Source of the DNA: Bacteroidales bacterium
GTDB lineage: Bacteria > Bacteroidota > Bacteroidia > Bacteroidales > NBLH01
Assembly (NCBI GenBank): GCA_046329965.1
Contig: JAXLTR010000005.1
Coordinates: 371,385-435,384, forward strand
DNA length: 64,000 nucleotides
Direction of reading: 5' to 3'
Part shown: positions 17,873 to 29,211 of the stretch, one piece after another
How the letters are laid out: every line of letters begins with the position of its first letter
Position numbering within the stretch: the stretch's first letter is position 1
Made by a program: the position numbers and the translations under genes
The notes under the pieces: generated by a model
What the model saw: the letters and a program-made list of their open reading frames with translations, nothing else
Told to the model about the DNA's origin: nothing
Database searches by the model: none

Positions 17873-18619
17873 ATGAGAACCATCATAGAAGTTAGAAACC
17901 TTAGAAAAGATTTTTACGTTGGCGAAGTCACTGTTCATGCGTTGCGTGGGGTATCACTCGAAATAGAGGAAGGAGATTTTGTTGCAATAATGGGTACAAG
18001 CGGTTCCGGAAAATCTACCATGCTTAATATTCTAGGTTGCCTCGACAAACCCACTGGTGGTGATTACCTGCTCGATGGGATTTCAATGAAGAGCCTGGAC
18101 AAAAATGAGCTCGCCAGGTTAAGAAACCGTAAACTGGGTTTTGTTTTTCAGTCGTACAATCTGCTGCCGCGGACAACTGCACTCGAAAACGTGGAATTGC
18201 CCTTGTTGTATAATTCTACAATTAATTCAAAAACACGGCGCGAAATGGCTGTAAAAGCGCTGGAATCGGTTGGACTGGTTGACAGAATGCATCATACGCC
18301 CAATCAGTTGTCCGGCGGACAGCAGCAAAGGGTTGCCATTGCCCGCTCGCTGGTAAACGATCCGGTGGTAATTCTGGCTGATGAAGCAACAGGAAACCTT
18401 GATACAAGGACTTCATACGAAATTATGGCCCTTTTTCAGGAATTGAATGCCAGGGGTAAAACCATTGTATTTGTAACGCACGAACCCGATATTGCCCGGT
18501 TTACAAAAAGTAACCTTATTTTCAGAGATGGTCATATCATCAGTAAAACCGTAAACAAGGATATATTTAGTGCAAAAATGTGCCTCGAAGAACTGCCTGT
18601 AGAAAATGGTTTTGAATAA
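17873..18619 (+). CDS. ABC transporter ATP-binding protein (MacB/LolD-type)
   Basis: 248 aa. Walker [10 protein letters not shown], signature [15 protein letters not shown], Walker [12 protein letters not shown]. Confidence 0.85.
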   Translation: MRTIIEVRNLRKDFYVGEVTVHALRGVSLEIEEGDFVAIMGTSGSGKSTMLNILGCLDKPTGGDYLLDGISMKSLDKNELARLRNRKLGFVFQSYNLLPRTTALENVELPLLYNSTINSKTRREMAVKALESVGLVDRMHHTPNQLSGGQQQRVAIARSLVNDPVVILADEATGNLDTRTSYEIMALFQELNARGKTIVFVTHEPDIARFTKSNLIFRDGHIISKTVNKDIFSAKMCLEELPVENGFE

Positions 18620-18756
18620 AAGCATATACCCCCAGGTATATTTAAATGTTGGATTTTGAAAGGGCAAATGGAAACCGGTGTATCTTTAAACGTGTTTCGG
18701 TATTTCCGGTTTCCTTTACCCACTATAAAATCAAATTTATAAAAAAATACAATCAG

Positions 18757-19977
18757 ATGAATTACTCAAATCTTATAAAAATAGCCATAAATGCACTGAT
18801 GCGTAATAAGTTAAGGGCATTTTTAACCATGCTTGGAATTATCATCGGGGTGGCTTCTGTCATAACCATGTTGGCCATTGGGCAGGGATCGAAAAAAAGC
18901 ATACAGGACCAGGTGTCGGGCATGGGCTCGAACCTGTTGTTTGTTATGCCTGGTTCGCAGGCTATGGGTGGTGTACAGATGGGAAATACGAGCAGTAAAA
19001 GTCTTACTTTGTCGGACGTGGAAGCCATTAAACAACAATCAACAGCCATTAGCAAAGTATCGCCCGAAGTAAGGAGCAATGGCCAGGTTATTTATGGAAA
19101 CGAAAACGCGCCAACCACAATTTATGGGGTAAGCAATGAGTACCTGGATATCAGGAAAGTTACCCTTAAATCGGGAAGGCTATTTACGGCAGTAGAAATA
19201 AAATCGGCGGCCAAAGTATGCCTGGTAGGCAAAACCGTAATTAAAAATGTATTTGGGGATATAACTGATCCAACCGGTTTAACCCTCAGGTTTAATTCAA
19301 TTCCAATTAAAATTGTCGGAATTTTAAGTGAAAAAGGCCAAAATACTTTTGGTCAGGATCAGGACGATTTGATAATTGCCCCTTATACCACGGTTCAAAA
19401 AAGAATTCTTGCCATTTCGCATGTGCAGGGCATTTATGCATCGGCAATAAGCGAAGAAAAATCGCCTTTGGCCAAAACCGAGATGGAAACCATTCTTCGG
19501 AAGCAACACAAGATAAAAGATGGGGATGAAGATGATTTTACGGTGAGATCGCAGGAAGAACTGATTAAAACTTTCACTTCCATCAGCGATATTTTAACCA
19601 CATTATTAGGAGCAATTGCTGGAATTTCGCTGCTTGTAGGGGGGATTGGTATTATGAATATCATGTATGTTTCGGTAACAGAAAGAACGCGCGAAATCGG
19701 GCTCAGAATGTCAATTGGCGGACGAGGCGTGGATATTTTAATGCAGTTTTTAACCGAATCCATCATGATTAGTGTAATTGGCGGTGTTTTAGGCATTCTT
19801 TTGGGACTTATGGCATCTTCGGCAGTGGCTGCAATTATGAAATGGCCGGTTACACTGGTTCCACAGGCACAGGTACTTGCATTTTTCGTATGTACGGTAA
19901 TTGGTGTATTTTTTGGATGGTACCCTGCGCGTAAAGCTGCCAATCTTAACCCCATTGATGCTTTGCGGTACGAATAA
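18757..19977 (+). CDS. ABC transporter permease (FtsX/MacB-type, 4 TM with large periplasmic domain)
   Basis: Start chosen at MNYSNLIKIAINALMRNKLRAFLT within ORF 18646..19977. C-terminal FtsX-like TM bundle. Confidence 0.75.
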   Translation: MNYSNLIKIAINALMRNKLRAFLTMLGIIIGVASVITMLAIGQGSKKSIQDQVSGMGSNLLFVMPGSQAMGGVQMGNTSSKSLTLSDVEAIKQQSTAISKVSPEVRSNGQVIYGNENAPTTIYGVSNEYLDIRKVTLKSGRLFTAVEIKSAAKVCLVGKTVIKNVFGDITDPTGLTLRFNSIPIKIVGILSEKGQNTFGQDQDDLIIAPYTTVQKRILAISHVQGIYASAISEEKSPLAKTEMETILRKQHKIKDGDEDDFTVRSQEELIKTFTSISDILTTLLGAIAGISLLVGGIGIMNIMYVSVTERTREIGLRMSIGGRGVDILMQFLTESIMISVIGGVLGILLGLMASSAVAAIMKWPVTLVPQAQVLAFFVCTVIGVFFGWYPARKAANLNPIDALRYE

Positions 19978-20045
19978 TTCATAAGGACAAAATCCCGAAA
20001 AATTGTTTATTTTTTATAGCTTTGAACAATAAATAACAGAAAATT

Positions 20046-21104
20046 ATGGCATTCTTTACCAGGAAAAAAATACCCGTTCTGCTGCATGTAGCTGCCTGGT
20101 CTGTTTTGCTGTTGCTTCCTACTTATTTTATCGGAATTGAACAGGGCCGCGACCGTTTTTTTGTTCAAATGGTTATTGTAAGGACTTTTATCTACGTGGT
20201 TCTGTTTTATTTGAATTTTTTCTGGTTAATACCTGGCCTTCTTTTTAAAAATAAAAAATGGCAGTATTATATTACGCTGTTATTGTTAATTACCTCATTT
20301 TACGTAGCCAACATCAGTGTAAACAGGTTTTTATTTGAACAGGACGAAAAAAACAACAGGCAGCAAATAGAAAATGTTATAAAAGAACATAATATTCCCA
20401 AACGGGGCTGGCAGTTCGACATCTATAACTACATTTTTACGTCCATACTTATTTCGGGTTTTAGCATAGGATTGAGAATGACAGGCAGGTTCAATGAAAA
20501 CGAACAAAAAAGAAAGGAACTTGAAAAAGAAAAACTGGGCTCCGAACTGGCTTTTTTAAAAAACCAGGTAAGTCCTCATTTTTTCTTTAATACCCTTAAC
20601 AACATTTATTCTTTAACCGAAATAAACGTAGAAGAAGCCCGGAATTCGATTCTTCAGCTTTCGAAACTAATGCGATACCTGCTTTACGAATCAGAAAAAG
20701 GTGATACACGCCTGAGCAGCGAAATTGATTTTATGAAAAATTATATTGAATTGATGAAATTGCGGCTCAGCGATAAAGTAGATTTAAAGTTCTCATTTCC
20801 TGCAGAATATAAAGATTTTACCATCCCTCCGCTTTTGTTTGTTTCGTTTATTGAAAATGCTTTTAAACACGGCATAAGTTACCGCGAACCATCTTTCATT
20901 TATATTAGCCTTAGCATTCACGAAAATGCCATAAATTTTGTTTGTAAAAACAGCATTTTTAAATCTGATGAATCGAAGGATGGCCCTGGTATTGGACTTG
21001 AAAATATTAAAAAAAGGCTTAGCATTCTTTTTCCGGGCAGGCACAGCCTTTCAATTACGCAGGAAGAGAAAGTTTTTTCAGTGATACTGATTATCAATTT
21101 CTAA
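20046..21104 (+). CDS. LytS/YehU-type sensor histidine kinase
   Basis: 352 aa. N-terminal TM helices. His_kinase block FFFNTLNNIYSL. HATPase-like C-terminus (GIGLENIKKRL). Confidence 0.7.
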   Translation: MAFFTRKKIPVLLHVAAWSVLLLLPTYFIGIEQGRDRFFVQMVIVRTFIYVVLFYLNFFWLIPGLLFKNKKWQYYITLLLLITSFYVANISVNRFLFEQDEKNNRQQIENVIKEHNIPKRGWQFDIYNYIFTSILISGFSIGLRMTGRFNENEQKRKELEKEKLGSELAFLKNQVSPHFFFNTLNNIYSLTEINVEEARNSILQLSKLMRYLLYESEKGDTRLSSEIDFMKNYIELMKLRLSDKVDLKFSFPAEYKDFTIPPLLFVSFIENAFKHGISYREPSFIYISLSIHENAINFVCKNSIFKSDESKDGPGIGLENIKKRLSILFPGRHSLSITQEEKVFSVILIINF

Positions 21105-21110
21105 GTTAAG

Positions 21111-21824
21111 ATGTTAAAGGCCATTGCCATAGATGATGAACCCCTGGCGCTGCAACTGGTTTCGGGTTATATCCGTAAAACTCCCTTTCTTGAATTGGTT
21201 GCAACGTTTGATAATCCTTTGAGTGCCATGGAGTTTCTGGAGAACAATTCTGTTGATATTGTTTTTCTTGATATACAAATGCCGGACCTGAAAGGAACTG
21301 AATTTGCCGGCTTAATAAAACAAAACTGTAAAATAATATTTACCACTGCCTACGAAAAATATGCCATTGAAGGTTTCAGGCTTGATGCAACAGATTATCT
21401 TTTAAAACCTTTTGGGTACGAGGATTTTTTGCGGGCTTCGAATAAGGCTAAAAAACTGATTGAACTCGAATCCGGAAAATTCAGGGAAATTGAAGCCAAT
21501 TCTGAGTTTTTATTTCTGAAATCGGAATACAAAATAAGAAGAATAAACCTTGAGGAAATTCTTTATATCGAAGGGCTTAAAGATTACATAAAAATATATC
21601 TTTACAATGAAACAAAACCCGTCCTTTCGATAAATACCATGAAAGCCATTGAAGCCAAATTGCCCGATGATAAATTTATGAGGGTTCACAGGTCATTTAT
21701 AGTTAACCTGAAGCGCATACAGACCATCGATCGCTCACGGATTGTATTTGGCGAAACCTATATCCCGGTAAGTGAGCAATATGCCGAAAAATTCAAAACT
21801 TACCTGAACAGGAGTTTTTTATAA
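21111..21824 (+). CDS. LytTR-family response regulator
   Basis: 237 aa. REC domain (IDDEP ... FLDIQMPDL ... KP) plus C-terminal LytTR DNA-binding domain. Confidence 0.8.
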   Translation: MLKAIAIDDEPLALQLVSGYIRKTPFLELVATFDNPLSAMEFLENNSVDIVFLDIQMPDLKGTEFAGLIKQNCKIIFTTAYEKYAIEGFRLDATDYLLKPFGYEDFLRASNKAKKLIELESGKFREIEANSEFLFLKSEYKIRRINLEEILYIEGLKDYIKIYLYNETKPVLSINTMKAIEAKLPDDKFMRVHRSFIVNLKRIQTIDRSRIVFGETYIPVSEQYAEKFKTYLNRSFL

Positions 21825-21847
21825 TAAAAACAACCTGGTTTGGCTTT

Positions 21848-24800
21848 TTATATTGGATGTGTAAAATAAAAAGCGGTGCCTTCATTTAATTTCGATTCGT
21901 ACCAGATTTTTCCTCCCCAAAGTTCAACAATCCGCTTACTTATGGCAAGTCCCAGGCCCGAGCCCCGGAATAGTTTTTTCTTTTCCTCAACTTTTGTAAA
22001 CCGGTCGAAAACTGCATCACCAATTGAATTTGGAATACCAATGCCAGTATCGCTTACAAAAAATACTATTTCAAAATCGTTCATCGAACTAACTCCAAAC
22101 GATACAGTGCCTGATTCGGTAAATTTAAGTGCATTGCTTACAAGATTTTCTAAAACCTGCTTTATCCTGACTTTTTCCATTTTTAAAATTAATTCCGGAT
22201 TCTCTGCAAATTTAGGTACCAATTCAATTCCTTTTTTTGCAAAATCTTCCTGGAAAAAGCTTAAAATTTCAAGCAATAGAGACTGAACCAAATATTCAGA
22301 AAGGGTCAATTGAATCTGACCGGTTTCCAGCTTTGATAAATCAACTACATTGTTTATCATGTTAAGCAAAGACTGGCTGTTTAGATTAATTATGTCTAAA
22401 AACCTATCCCTGTCAGCAATACTTAAATTTTCTTCGCGTAAAAGTCCGGAAAAACCAATTATGGCATTCATCGGGGTTCGAATTTCGTGACTAATGTTCG
22501 CCAAAAAAGAAGATTTCAGCTTATCTGATTCTTCTGCTTTTAACTTGGCCTCGAGCAATTGTTTTGTCCTTTCTTCCACAAGGCTTTCAAGCTCGTTTCT
22601 ATGCCTGAAAAGTTCATCATTCTGATTTAATATCCGTTCTTTTTGTTCTTCAAGTAGCTGATTGGTTATTTGCAGTTCTTCCTTTTGGTTAATAAGTTCC
22701 TCTTTTTGCTGGCTAATTTCTTCCTGCTGTTCTTCGAGTGAATGATTAAGGTTTAAAAGGGTACGGTTACTTTCTTCAAGTTCAAGGGTACGCTGCTTTA
22801 CCATTTCTTTCAGAATTTTCTGCTGCAGCCTGTGATTTTTTTCGCGGATATAATATGAACCGCCAAACAACGAAACTATAAAAATAAAGGCTGGAATCCT
22901 GAACCACCATGTTTTCCACCAATTAGGCTTTATAATAATATGTACCGATGTGCCTGTCTCGTTCCAAACCCCATCGTTGTTAGATGCTATTACCCTGAAA
23001 GTATACTCTCCCGGATCGAGATTGGTATAACTTGCAAACCTGCGAGTGTAATCGGTATAAATCCAGTCTTCGTTATACTTTTCCAGTTTATAGGCATATT
23101 GGTTGTTTTTTGGTGAAGTAAAATCGGTAGCCGTAAACGCAAAACTAAAATCGTTTTGATTTGCTTTAAGAACAATGCTTTTGCTTTGGCTGATAATCCT
23201 GTATAAACCATCTGAATTCCTGGCCATTACAGGGATATTTGAAATAAAAAAATCAGTGATTACCACTTTGGGAATATTATTATTGTACCTGGAATTTTCG
23301 GGATTGAAATAATTGAGTTGATTTAAAGATCCAAAAAATAATTTTCCTTTCTTTGTTTTAAACAGGGTTTGATAAGAAATTCCGTTATCGGAAATCACTT
23401 CGGCAGTTGAATAATTGATGAATTTATTTTCATCTTTTAATAATTTGCTTATGTTTATTGGTGTAGTAATCCAGATATTGCCTGAATTGTCTTCCTGAAT
23501 GGACATAACCGAATTGTTTACCATCCTGTTATTTATAGAATAATTTCGCAAAAGATTACCTTTTGGGTCAAGCAAGCACAATCCTTTTGACGCAGTACCC
23601 ACCCAGATGTTTCCTTGTTTATCGGTGTACACCGACCTGATTTCCTTTTCGGGAAGATTTTTGTAGGCAACAAAATTACTTTTTATACTATCAAACCGGC
23701 AAAGGCCCGTCGAAGTGCAAATCCACATATTTTTTTTATCGTCTTCGTAAATGTTCCAGATTTTGCCATCCAAAAGCGAATTTTGATTTTGTCCGTTGTA
23801 GCTGAATTTTTTTATTGTACCCTTGTTTTTATCAATAACTAAAATTCCTCCGTTGCTCAATCCCGCCCAGACATTGTTGCGATGATCGACCTTAATGGTA
23901 TATATCCTGTCGGAAATCAGATTTTTATTTTCACCCTCGGTGTACTGTTTAATTATCCTGCCTGTGTTGTATTCATAACATACCAAACCATTGTCCCATG
24001 AATTTATCCACAAGTTCTGATTACTATCAAAATCAATACTTTTAATAATTTTACCCGGAAACTTGTTGCCAAAATTAAATTTTTCAAGATTACCTGTTGT
24101 TGTATCTAAGGTAATGATACCCAGACCATCAGTACCAAACCATATTTTTCCCCTTTTATCTTCACTAAAGGATACCGGAAAACTGTAGATTATCATATCG
24201 GGCCAAAGATCCTGATAATTATAAGGCCTGAACCTGTTTTTAATGGGATTGTAGTATCCTATTCCACCACTATTGCCGGATATATATAGAATTCCTTGTT
24301 TGTCCCTGTAAAAATTCCAGATATTATTTGTACTTACTGATCCTGGTTTGTTTTTATCGTAAATAAAATATTCAAACCGGCCGGTTCTTTTATTCAACCT
24401 GTTTATCCCGCCGTTATCTACAGCAATCAATAAATAGTTCCTGTCTTCTTCAATTACATCAATCACGCCAGGCTGATTCAGCCCCTTACCGTCAGGCAAA
24501 GCTTTAAAAGTCCCTATTGTTTTCAGGTCAGGATTGTACCCCATCAGGCCTTTCATATAAGAATAAATCCAAATTTTATCCTCACTGTCAATGTATATGC
24601 TTTTGTCGCAGTTGCCCAAATCATTTACCCTATTCTTATAATTTAAAAATTCCCCCTTTAAAGGGTTAAACATAAATAAATCAGATGAATAGGCAACTAT
24701 CCATATTCTTCCTTTTGAATCTTCATCAATTAATCTGCTTACCCAAAGCAGATTATTGTTTTGATTATTTGGAATTGCGAACCTGTCGAAATTTCCACTG

Positions 24801-25336
24801 GTTTTGTTCCATTTATGCAGGTATCCGTAATTGGTAATAATCCAAAGATTTTTTTGTGCATCTTCGTAAATATCCAAAACATTGTTGGCTGCTAATGAAT
24901 GGTTGTCAGCGGGCACGTTTCTGTACACAACAAACGAATCCAAATCGCGGTTGTACCTGTTCAGCCCGTCAGCAGTTCCAAACCAAAGGTTATGATCACT
25001 GTCTTCGAGTATTCTGTGAACATTGTCGTTACTAATCGTTCCGGGTTTGTTGCTATCGCTTTTATATTTTTTAATCGAATAGCCATCGTACCTGTCGAGC
25101 CCTATTTCCGAACCTATCCATAAAAAACCTTCGCTGTCGCGGTAAACACAATTGTTTCTATTGCTCGAAAGTCCATGTTCAGTGGTCAGGTATTCAAAAT
25201 TATAATCAATCCCCTTGTTTTGTGCGTAAAAGAAATGGTGGACGGATAAGAAAAATAACAGAATTATATATTTGAATTTTCCCCGGTGCATCGTAACAAT
25301 TTGATATAAAAATAAACTTTTGTAAGACAAACCCAA
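21848..25336 (-). CDS. sensor histidine kinase with periplasmic two-component-regulator propeller repeats and Y_Y_Y domain
   Basis: 1162 aa. Many propeller repeats. Y_Y_Y block (YAYKLEKYNEDWIYTDY...GEYTFRV). TM. HisKA (SFLANISHEIRTPMN). HATPase_c. No REC or AraC domain. Confidence 0.75.
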   Translation of the reverse strand: MGLSYKSLFLYQIVTMHRGKFKYIILLFFLSVHHFFYAQNKGIDYNFEYLTTEHGLSSNRNNCVYRDSEGFLWIGSEIGLDRYDGYSIKKYKSDSNKPGTISNDNVHRILEDSDHNLWFGTADGLNRYNRDLDSFVVYRNVPADNHSLAANNVLDIYEDAQKNLWIITNYGYLHKWNKTSGNFDRFAIPNNQNNNLLWVSRLIDEDSKGRIWIVAYSSDLFMFNPLKGEFLNYKNRVNDLGNCDKSIYIDSEDKIWIYSYMKGLMGYNPDLKTIGTFKALPDGKGLNQPGVIDVIEEDRNYLLIAVDNGGINRLNKRTGRFEYFIYDKNKPGSVSTNNIWNFYRDKQGILYISGNSGGIGYYNPIKNRFRPYNYQDLWPDMIIYSFPVSFSEDKRGKIWFGTDGLGIITLDTTTGNLEKFNFGNKFPGKIIKSIDFDSNQNLWINSWDNGLVCYEYNTGRIIKQYTEGENKNLISDRIYTIKVDHRNNVWAGLSNGGILVIDKNKGTIKKFSYNGQNQNSLLDGKIWNIYEDDKKNMWICTSTGLCRFDSIKSNFVAYKNLPEKEIRSVYTDKQGNIWVGTASKGLCLLDPKGNLLRNYSINNRMVNNSVMSIQEDNSGNIWITTPINISKLLKDENKFINYSTAEVISDNGISYQTLFKTKKGKLFFGSLNQLNYFNPENSRYNNNIPKVVITDFFISNIPVMARNSDGLYRIISQSKSIVLKANQNDFSFAFTATDFTSPKNNQYAYKLEKYNEDWIYTDYTRRFASYTNLDPGEYTFRVIASNNDGVWNETGTSVHIIIKPNWWKTWWFRIPAFIFIVSLFGGSYYIREKNHRLQQKILKEMVKQRTLELEESNRTLLNLNHSLEEQQEEISQQKEELINQKEELQITNQLLEEQKERILNQNDELFRHRNELESLVEERTKQLLEAKLKAEESDKLKSSFLANISHEIRTPMNAIIGFSGLLREENLSIADRDRFLDIINLNSQSLLNMINNVVDLSKLETGQIQLTLSEYLVQSLLLEILSFFQEDFAKKGIELVPKFAENPELILKMEKVRIKQVLENLVSNALKFTESGTVSFGVSSMNDFEIVFFVSDTGIGIPNSIGDAVFDRFTKVEEKKKLFRGSGLGLAISKRIVELWGGKIWYESKLNEGTAFYFTHPI

Positions 25337-25509
25337 ATCAATTTACAAAAAACCACTTAAAATTTATGATTTCTTTTTTGATCCCGCCGCGGGTTACTGT
25401 CAATTTGAAAATTTACTTTTTCCTAAATAATGAATGTTGCAGCAGTAGAACAGGCTGATTTAAGAAATTGTAAGTATTTAAAAATTTTACTACCTTTCAA
25501 ATCAATAAA

Positions 25510-26322
25510 ATGAAATTGCCTGTTAACTTTTATGCAATGAAAACGATATTGGCCCTGTTCTTTGTTATTATGCTTTTTATTGGTTCTGACCACGAAAAGC
25601 TTATCCGTTTTACAGGTAAACCTGAAATTTTCACCACCGATAAATTGGGCAACATTTATATTTATTTTGACAGCCAGGTTGTAAAATACACCCCCGAAGG
25701 CATAAAAACTGCCACCTTCACCAGTTATGAAACCGGGAAACTGTATTTTCTTGATGCCAGCGACCCAATGCAGTTAATGCTTTTTTATAAAGATTTTAAC
25801 CAGGTGCAGTTTCTCGATAACAGGCTCAACCAGCTTGGTAAACCTCTTTTTCCGGATATTATAGATTTTTCAGCAGTCTCGTCCATTTGTAAATCAAGGC
25901 AGTTTGCGGTCTGGATGTGCGATGAATACCAGAACAAGCTGATACATTACGGATTTAACCCTTCAAAAATTTTATGCAGCATTAACCTCGAAAATTCTGA
26001 TATTGCCGCGGCTGAAGTTACTTACATGCTCGAATCTGGCAATGAAGTGTATCTTTATGCTAAAAACAAAGGTATTTGGGTATTTGACTACACCGGCACC
26101 CTGACAAAAAAAATAGATTTGGTGGCAGATAAACATTTCCAGATAAGAAACAACCAGCTCATTTATAGCCACAATGGTAAAATAATCCTTTTTAACCTGC
26201 AAGATGGTAAGTCTGATACTATTATTCCCCCTCATTACAAAAGTTTCGACCTGGCCAGGATTGAAAATGGAAATATTTATGTATTAAATTACGATTCGTT
26301 GAAAATATTCAGCAGTGAATAA
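25510..26322 (+). CDS. hypothetical secreted protein
   Basis: 270-aa ORF with N-terminal hydrophobic segment. No recognisable motif. Confidence 0.35.
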   Translation: MKLPVNFYAMKTILALFFVIMLFIGSDHEKLIRFTGKPEIFTTDKLGNIYIYFDSQVVKYTPEGIKTATFTSYETGKLYFLDASDPMQLMLFYKDFNQVQFLDNRLNQLGKPLFPDIIDFSAVSSICKSRQFAVWMCDEYQNKLIHYGFNPSKILCSINLENSDIAAAEVTYMLESGNEVYLYAKNKGIWVFDYTGTLTKKIDLVADKHFQIRNNQLIYSHNGKIILFNLQDGKSDTIIPPHYKSFDLARIENGNIYVLNYDSLKIFSSE

Positions 26323-26507
26323 TTTTGCACTTGTTTTAAAGTATATTAGAAAGCAGGTTGGTTTGGAAAGAAATTTGTAATGTATTGTTTTAATAACTTT
26401 AAACAGTAGTTATATTTGTGGTAGAGAAGGTTCAACAGCATTATTTTAGGGAAATTCCCGGATAAAAATGCTATCTTTGTAATGGATAAAAACAATATAA
26501 ATATCTT

Positions 26508-28286
26508 ATGATACGGATTTTGACCAACATTTTGGTTTTAACTCTTTTGTGTAACCAGGTATTTGCCCAGCAGAGTGCAGCCGAAATGGAAAAAATGCTG
26601 CAAACTGCACAGGGAAAAGATAAATTCAATTTGCTGTACAAAATTGCAAAGTCGTACCTAGGCAATGACAATAAAAAAAGCATACAATACGGAAAGCAGG
26701 CGCAGGATCTGGCTACAGAGTTAAATGAAAAATCAAAAATTGCAGATGCTTTGAATATAACAGGCAGTGCTTACTTTAACGATAAAAACTACAAAAATGC
26801 TTTAAAATGCTATGAACAGGAACTTGGAATCAGGTCAGGATTGAAACAGGAAAGTTCGCGGGTGAAAACCCTTTTTAATATCGGTTCAGTTTATGAAGCC
26901 TGGGAGAAATATCCGAAAGCTATGGAATACTACAAATTAGCGATAGAATCTGCTAAAAAAATTAAATCAACTCAGGTAGCTTACAAGGCTTACGAATCGC
27001 TAATCAGGATTTATTATATCGAAAAAGACTTTAAAAAAGCTTTTGAAGAACTCAGATCGTATATGAATTATAAATCTGAAACAAAGCTGGCCATTGAAGG
27101 GAAAAAGATTTCGGTGCTCGAGACCCAGTACGAAGAAGAGAAAAAAGCACATGAAAAGAAAATTGAGGAATTAAGGCAAAAGGACAGCACTATTACCCAG
27201 GTAAAAACGGAGAAAGAAATTCTGGTTAAAGATACCATTGTTAAAAACAAAGCCATCCAGGAAAAAGAAAAAACAATTAAAAAAAGCAAGGAAGAAATAA
27301 AACGCCAGCAACAATGGATTACGGCATTTATAGTTTTTTTTGTAGTAATAGCCGTATTTTCAATTTTACTTTACAAATTGTACCGCGACAAGAAAAAAGC
27401 CAACATAAAACTAGCATTCCAAAATGCTGAAATAATTGAGCAAAAGGAAGAAATTATTGCCCAATCGGAACAATTACTTGCATCGAACAAAAAACTGAGC
27501 GAACAACATGCCGAAATTCTGGAACAAAAAATGCAAATTACCGACAGCATAAGGTATGCGAGCCGTATACAGGGAGTAATGCTTCCACAGCAGGATCTGC
27601 TCAATGAAATATTCAAGGAATATATGGTTTTATGGCGGCCGCAGGAAATTGTCAGTGGCGATTTTTATTGGGTAAAACAAATTAAAAATTTTGTCATTTT
27701 TGCAGCTGCCGACTGCACCGGACATGGAGTACCAGGAGCTTTTATGAGCATGCTCGGAATTTCGTTCCTTAATGAAATTATTTCGAAAAGCAGGTTCGAC
27801 AAATCGAACGAAATACTGAATATCTTACGTAAAAGGGTGAAAAAAGCTTTAAACCAGACCGGTAAGATAAACGAAGCTACTGATGGAATGGACATTGCCA
27901 TGTGCATTCTCGATACCGAAAACAATATTTTACAATATTCCGGGGCTTATAATCCGCTTTACCTTATCAGGGACAACCAATTGCAGATTTTTAAAGCAGA
28001 TAAACAACCCATTGCCATTTACCCGCGCGAAAAAGACTTCACCTACAATGAAATTGAAGTTCATACCGGCGACGTACTCTACATATTTTCCGACGGGTAC
28101 ATCGACCAGTTTGGCGGTGAACATAACGAAAAACTTAAGGGCTACAGGTTCAGGCAATTGCTGCTTGATATCCACCAAAAGCCAATGAAAGAGCAAAAAA
28201 TAGCTTTGAACACTTACATCGAAAACTGGATTGGCAAAAACAACAGCCAAACCGATGATATAATGGTTTTTGGGATAAGGATTTAG
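26508..28286 (+). CDS. TPR-repeat / transmembrane / PP2C-type (SpoIIE-like) serine phosphatase
   Basis: 592 aa. Signal peptide, TPR repeats, coiled coil, one TM, then SpoIIE/PP2C block (GDFYWV...FAAADCTGHGVPGAFMSMLG ... SDGYIDQ). Confidence 0.7.
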   Translation: MIRILTNILVLTLLCNQVFAQQSAAEMEKMLQTAQGKDKFNLLYKIAKSYLGNDNKKSIQYGKQAQDLATELNEKSKIADALNITGSAYFNDKNYKNALKCYEQELGIRSGLKQESSRVKTLFNIGSVYEAWEKYPKAMEYYKLAIESAKKIKSTQVAYKAYESLIRIYYIEKDFKKAFEELRSYMNYKSETKLAIEGKKISVLETQYEEEKKAHEKKIEELRQKDSTITQVKTEKEILVKDTIVKNKAIQEKEKTIKKSKEEIKRQQQWITAFIVFFVVIAVFSILLYKLYRDKKKANIKLAFQNAEIIEQKEEIIAQSEQLLASNKKLSEQHAEILEQKMQITDSIRYASRIQGVMLPQQDLLNEIFKEYMVLWRPQEIVSGDFYWVKQIKNFVIFAAADCTGHGVPGAFMSMLGISFLNEIISKSRFDKSNEILNILRKRVKKALNQTGKINEATDGMDIAMCILDTENNILQYSGAYNPLYLIRDNQLQIFKADKQPIAIYPREKDFTYNEIEVHTGDVLYIFSDGYIDQFGGEHNEKLKGYRFRQLLLDIHQKPMKEQKIALNTYIENWIGKNNSQTDDIMVFGIRI

Positions 28287-28380
28287 CTGAATTTAAAAAT
28301 TCCTGAGCTTATAAACTTTGTTTGCATGGTATATTGGAAACAAAAATCTAATTTTGTTTAAAAGGTATTAATTTTCAATT

Positions 28381-29145
28381 ATGGAACCCTATCTATTATC
28401 GAATACGAACTGGAAAAATGTGAAAGACCAGCACTACGAACTGGCCATTTTGCCCTGGGGCGCCACCGAAGCCCACAACTATCATTTACCCTATGGATCC
28501 GATAATATTGAAAATGAGCATATTGCCAAGGAATCGGCCCGGCTTGCCTGGGAGAAAGGCGCACGGTTTGTTGTTTTGCCCGGAATTCCTTTCGGGGTGA
28601 ATACCGGACAGCACGATATTAAACTCGATATTAACCTGAACCCTTCCACGCAAATGGCCATTCTTGTTGATATACTTACAGTGCTTAACAGGCAGGGCAT
28701 TTATAAATTCATGATTTTAAACGGGCATGGCGGAAACGATTTTAAACAAATGTTACGCGAACTCGGGCTCAGGTTTCCTAAAATGTTTCTTTGTACCTGC
28801 AACTGGTACCAATCTGTAAATAAAGCCCTGTATTTCGACAACGATGGCGACCATGCCGACGAAATGGAAACCTCCATGCTTATGTACCTTGTTCCGAAAC
28901 TGGTTTTACCACTTTCCGAAGCCGGTAATGGAAAAGCACGAAAGGTAAAAATTGCCTCTTTAAACGAAAAATGGGCCTGGGCCGAACGTCGGTGGTCATC
29001 CGTAACAAAAGATACAGGCATCGGCGATCCTTCCCTGTCTAATCCCGAAAAGGGAGAAAAATATTTCAATGCAGTTTGCGGCAAGGTATCCACATTAATT
29101 GTTGAACTCTGCCAGGCAAATATTGAAAGTCTTTACGAAGATTGA
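28381..29145 (+). CDS. creatininase (creatinine amidohydrolase) family protein
   Basis: 254 aa. LPWGATEAHNYHLPYGSD ... ILNGHGGN motifs typical of the creatininase family. Confidence 0.65.
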   Translation: MEPYLLSNTNWKNVKDQHYELAILPWGATEAHNYHLPYGSDNIENEHIAKESARLAWEKGARFVVLPGIPFGVNTGQHDIKLDINLNPSTQMAILVDILTVLNRQGIYKFMILNGHGGNDFKQMLRELGLRFPKMFLCTCNWYQSVNKALYFDNDGDHADEMETSMLMYLVPKLVLPLSEAGNGKARKVKIASLNEKWAWAERRWSSVTKDTGIGDPSLSNPEKGEKYFNAVCGKVSTLIVELCQANIESLYED

Positions 29146-29211
29146 AAGTACTTGAATTTCATTTAAATACAGGATAATTTCATATCGGGAAAAATATTAA
29201 TCACCTTTCAT

